This document shows positions 60,962 to 64,000 of a DNA stretch of 64,000 bases, piece by piece (positions within the stretch are counted from its first letter, which is position 1; each line of letters begins with the position of its first letter). Source of the DNA: a phage. The DNA is taken from the sequence record PZ386974.1, one strand, 5' to 3'. The position numbers and the translations under genes are program-made. Below the pieces are notes generated by a model. The model searched no databases. It was given only the letters and a program-made list of their open reading frames with translations, and was not told where the DNA came from.

Positions 60962-62126
60962 CGAAATCTTCCATTTCGTCAAGGTCGTTTTCTATATCTG
61001 CTGCAGATGGAGCATCAGAAGTTTTAACCGGAACTTTAGTTGTTGCTTTGCAATTAATAAGGTCGTTAACAGCGTCATCAACTTCTTTAATAGAAGAGAT
61101 AGCACCTAGTTTATATTTAGTTTCAATTGCATCTCGGAAAGGTTTGTGTTTAAACAAAGGTCCCCAGAATTCTACACAATCAGTAGCTTTAGCACGCCAT
61201 GATTTTTCTTCACGAATCATTTCACCTGTTTCTTCGTCAAGGAATTCACGAGCATACCAACCGGCTTTAGGCTTAACTACAAAACCAATTTCAGTTGCCA
61301 TTTCTAACAAGCCACTGAATGGGTCAATACCGCCATCAAAATTAACCGTGATTGGGAAAGTAGATTTCTCTTTAACTGTACGAGATTTTTCTGCTTTCAA
61401 CGTGAAGTCATAACCGGTCAATTCTGTACCTTCTTTAACCTGACGTTTAGAGATAAAGAATACAGTGTTAGCAGAGTAAAGAATACCTGTACCACCACCC
61501 ATAATCTCTTTAGGATACAATCCGCCGATTTCCATTGCTGTATGGTTGATTGCAACACACGGAATATCTTTAATAGTCAGATAAGGAGTCACAATGCGGA
61601 ACAGAGATTTAAGTGCCTTAGCACGAGACATATCACCTACAACTTTCTCGTTCAACGCATCTTCGGTTTCTTTCTTAGATGCAGTATTACCAATCGAGTC
61701 AATAAAGATAATAACTTTATCACCGCGTTCAATAGCATCAAGCTGATTAGTCATATCAACTTTAAGTTGTTCGACAGATTGAATCGGAGTATGAACTACA
61801 CGGTCTAAATCAACACCCATTGAACGAAAATAAGATTCTGAAGCACCAAATTCCGAATCATAGAACAAACAAATTGCATCTTTATATTTCTTCATATATG
61901 CTGCAACCATGGTCAGTCCAAACAATGTTTTAAAATGTTTAGAAGGAGCAGCAAAAATAGTTAAGCCTGATTGCAACCCGGCATTCAGTGCACCACCTAA
62001 TGCAATATTCAACATCGGAATACGAGTAGGGACTTCATCACGATTATTAAACAGCTTAGACTTAGTCAAGTCTGCAGTCATTTTAGAAGTAGAAGCTTTA
62101 ATCAGACGAGATTTTAAATCAGACAT
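60954..62126 (-). CDS. uvsX: UvsX recombinase (RecA/Rad51 family)
   Basis: 390 aa; Walker A/B and collinearity with T4 UvsX as recalled; ATG start. Confidence 0.92.
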   Translation of the reverse strand: MSDLKSRLIKASTSKMTADLTKSKLFNNRDEVPTRIPMLNIALGGALNAGLQSGLTIFAAPSKHFKTLFGLTMVAAYMKKYKDAICLFYDSEFGASESYFRSMGVDLDRVVHTPIQSVEQLKVDMTNQLDAIERGDKVIIFIDSIGNTASKKETEDALNEKVVGDMSRAKALKSLFRIVTPYLTIKDIPCVAINHTAMEIGGLYPKEIMGGGTGILYSANTVFFISKRQVKEGTELTGYDFTLKAEKSRTVKEKSTFPITVNFDGGIDPFSGLLEMATEIGFVVKPKAGWYAREFLDEETGEMIREEKSWRAKATDCVEFWGPLFKHKPFRDAIETKYKLGAISSIKEVDDAVNDLINCKATTKVPVKTSDAPSAADIENDLDEMEDFDE

Positions 62127-62224
62127 TGTATTTTTCCATAGGCATCATTATATTTTACTCATGTTTAAAAGATAAGACGATTATATACTAAGGGTTATAC
62201 AGCATTTAAAACTTTAAATGGCTC

Positions 62225-62773
62225 TTAACGAGCCCATTTGATGATTTCTGTAATCAAACCATTACGTTCGCTTGCATTAAATCCTATAACTTTGTTAGCA
62301 CCATCATGATTAAGTAATTGATACGTTTGGATTTTGTTATGAATTGCAAACTCTTCAAAATGTGAAATGACTGTATTAAAACCGAATGAAGACAAAGTAA
62401 TAAGGTCGTCTTCAAAACTTTCAGTCATTTCGTTACGTGTTAAAATAATTGTGAACACATCATGGTTTTGGCAAAGACGAACATAATCCTGTTCATAAAC
62501 ATCAAGAACCGAGTCCGCATCTTGTCGAATACGTCCATAAACCCAGTTACTAATATATCCACGGTCTAACAGATAAATCTTAGTAGGGTCTAAATAATTC
62601 AACATCGTTTCGAAACAGCCAACTTCATTTCGAGACTTAACATCGAAACGTCCATCAACCGTTCGTTTAGGGAAATCAATCTTTACATATCTTTCACTAA
62701 TTTCCATTATGTCATTAATGAAAGTTGTTTTACCAGCATTATCCGGGCCATCTACTAAAATAATTTTAGCCAT
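62225..62773 (-). CDS. P-loop NTPase / nucleotide kinase-like protein (182 aa)
   Basis: Walker A at N-terminus (ILVDGPDNAGKTTF), Walker B-like YLLDRG; ATG start. Confidence 0.55.
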   Translation of the reverse strand: MAKIILVDGPDNAGKTTFINDIMEISERYVKIDFPKRTVDGRFDVKSRNEVGCFETMLNYLDPTKIYLLDRGYISNWVYGRIRQDADSVLDVYEQDYVRLCQNHDVFTIILTRNEMTESFEDDLITLSSFGFNTVISHFEEFAIHNKIQTYQLLNHDGANKVIGFNASERNGLITEIIKWAR

Positions 62774-62774
62774 T

Positions 62775-63674
62775 TTATTCCTCGATTACGACATCTTCGT
62801 ATTTAGGTATATTATACGGCGAAGAAATTAAAGCATTAAAGTAGATGAACTCACCAAGACCTGGATGGAATACTTCTTCAGGATTTTCGAAATATTGAAT
62901 CTTCGGACGTCCTTTAAGAATTTGATAGTACTCAGTTTTAGTTGGTTTAAAAATTCGAATCAGCGCTTCTTCAGGATACTTATTTCTGTCGAAGCTATTA
63001 TTTGGATCGGTTATATAAAGCGGTTGGCCTAATTGAATTGCACATTCAACCACTTGTTCAAAACGATAGCATGGGTCACTAATTCGAAATGGATGAAAAA
63101 TACCATCTAGATGAATAGGAGCCAAATCACCTACAAGACGCTGCATGATGGAAGGACGTATAACTTTCTGCGTTACGATAATCTTATTACCATCTGCACC
63201 TGCGTTAACCAGCACTTCTTTTTGACGTTCATTCAACACAGTAGTTTGAAGTGAACGATTAACAGACAACATGTCGGTTTTTAAGAATTCATCAATATAA
63301 AAACGTGGTTTATTAGGGTCTGCAGTGATATTGAAATTGAATTCTACGTCAAAAGCGCCATCATATCCAGTGATATCTGTGATTAGAAAATCACAATCAT
63401 AATAAGCAATTAATGAATCAACCACAAATTCATTTTCAGACCAGAAATATTTACGAGTGTTATACGCGTTATCTTTATACCATAATGGAACAAACTTAAA
63501 TTCTGGGAAAAGACGTTCACATTCTTTAATATCAGATGCATTACGTGGATATGTAATCACATCGCCTGGATTAGCACGGTGCAAATGAAGTTGGAAGTTG
63601 CCATCCTTAAGGATAGCATACTGTCCAGTTTCATAAGACCGCATACTCAAAATAGGTACGCGGAAAATAGCCAT
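62775..63674 (-). CDS. hypothetical protein (299 aa), possible nucleotide-sugar transferase
   Basis: ORF track; hydrophobic stretch followed by DCD (LIAYYDCDFLITD) resembling a GT-A DxD motif; weak evidence. Confidence 0.5.
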   Translation of the reverse strand: MAIFRVPILSMRSYETGQYAILKDGNFQLHLHRANPGDVITYPRNASDIKECERLFPEFKFVPLWYKDNAYNTRKYFWSENEFVVDSLIAYYDCDFLITDITGYDGAFDVEFNFNITADPNKPRFYIDEFLKTDMLSVNRSLQTTVLNERQKEVLVNAGADGNKIIVTQKVIRPSIMQRLVGDLAPIHLDGIFHPFRISDPCYRFEQVVECAIQLGQPLYITDPNNSFDRNKYPEEALIRIFKPTKTEYYQILKGRPKIQYFENPEEVFHPGLGEFIYFNALISSPYNIPKYEDVVIEE

Positions 63675-64000
63675 TAGTCAAGAAATCCTTTAACATAATC
63701 AAAATCACGTTCAAACACATGGGCACTTACCATGGTATGAGTATAATCACCAACTTCTACACCACATTCGTTAGCGATATAATGAAGTAATTTTCCTTGG
63801 AGATAAAAATCCAACTGCATAACAACAGCACAGTTCTGAGAACGCATATGACAGTGGGTATAAAGCTTACCATCGCGAATATAATAAGTCACTGAGTCAG
63901 TACATGGATATTCAAGCGTTTCGTCCGAATCAAGCAAAGCCTGATCAGAACTTTCTAGAATTTGGAACACAACTCTTCGAGAGTTAGGCTTCTCTTTAAG
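63674..64000 (-). CDS. 42: thymidylate-synthase-family enzyme, gene 42 (dCMP hydroxymethylase)-like, 5' end beyond window
   Basis: Frame open to the right edge (track start is an internal GTG); C-terminal domain with YPCTDSVTYYIRD and MRSQN resembles the catalytic-Cys region of dCMP hydroxymethylase. Confidence 0.5.
   Translation of the reverse strand, partial: LKEKPNSRRVVFQILESSDQALLDSDETLEYPCTDSVTYYIRDGKLYTHCHMRSQNCAVVMQLDFYLQGKLLHYIANECGVEVGDYTHTMVSAHVFERDFDYVKGFLD

Overview
This window reads as a contiguous, almost entirely coding segment of a T4-like (T-even, Tevenvirinae-type) phage genome. Gene identities come from reading the translated ORFs against T4 proteins as I remember them and from synteny; no database search was run, so every homology call is recollection plus motif evidence. 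Leftward (minus-strand) early/middle genes run rIII, 31, cd, pseT, a spanin pair, alc, rnlA, denA, nrdB, nrdA, td, frd, 32, 59, 33, dsbA, rnh. A rightward late operon carries long-tail-fibre genes 34-35-36-37-38 and holin t. Leftward genes then resume: asiA, motA, 52, ndd, denB, rIIB, rIIA, a single-ORF gene 39, dexA, dda, srd, modA/modB, soc, 56, 61, sp, 41, 40, uvsX and the 3' part of a gene-42-like ORF that runs off the right edge. Genes are tightly packed with many TAATG/ATGA overlaps, punctuated by GTTTAC-N17/18-TAYTAT promoters, TATAAATA late promoters and CUUCGG-type hairpins. The most interesting departures from reference T4 as I recall it are a full-length DAHP synthase between cd and pseT, a GT-B glycosyltransferase between rIIA and gene 39, and a two-gene module where T4 has beta-glucosyltransferase between uvsX and 42. 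Several ORF-track starts are GTG/TTG; where an in-frame ATG with a Shine-Dalgarno was evident I give the adjusted start.
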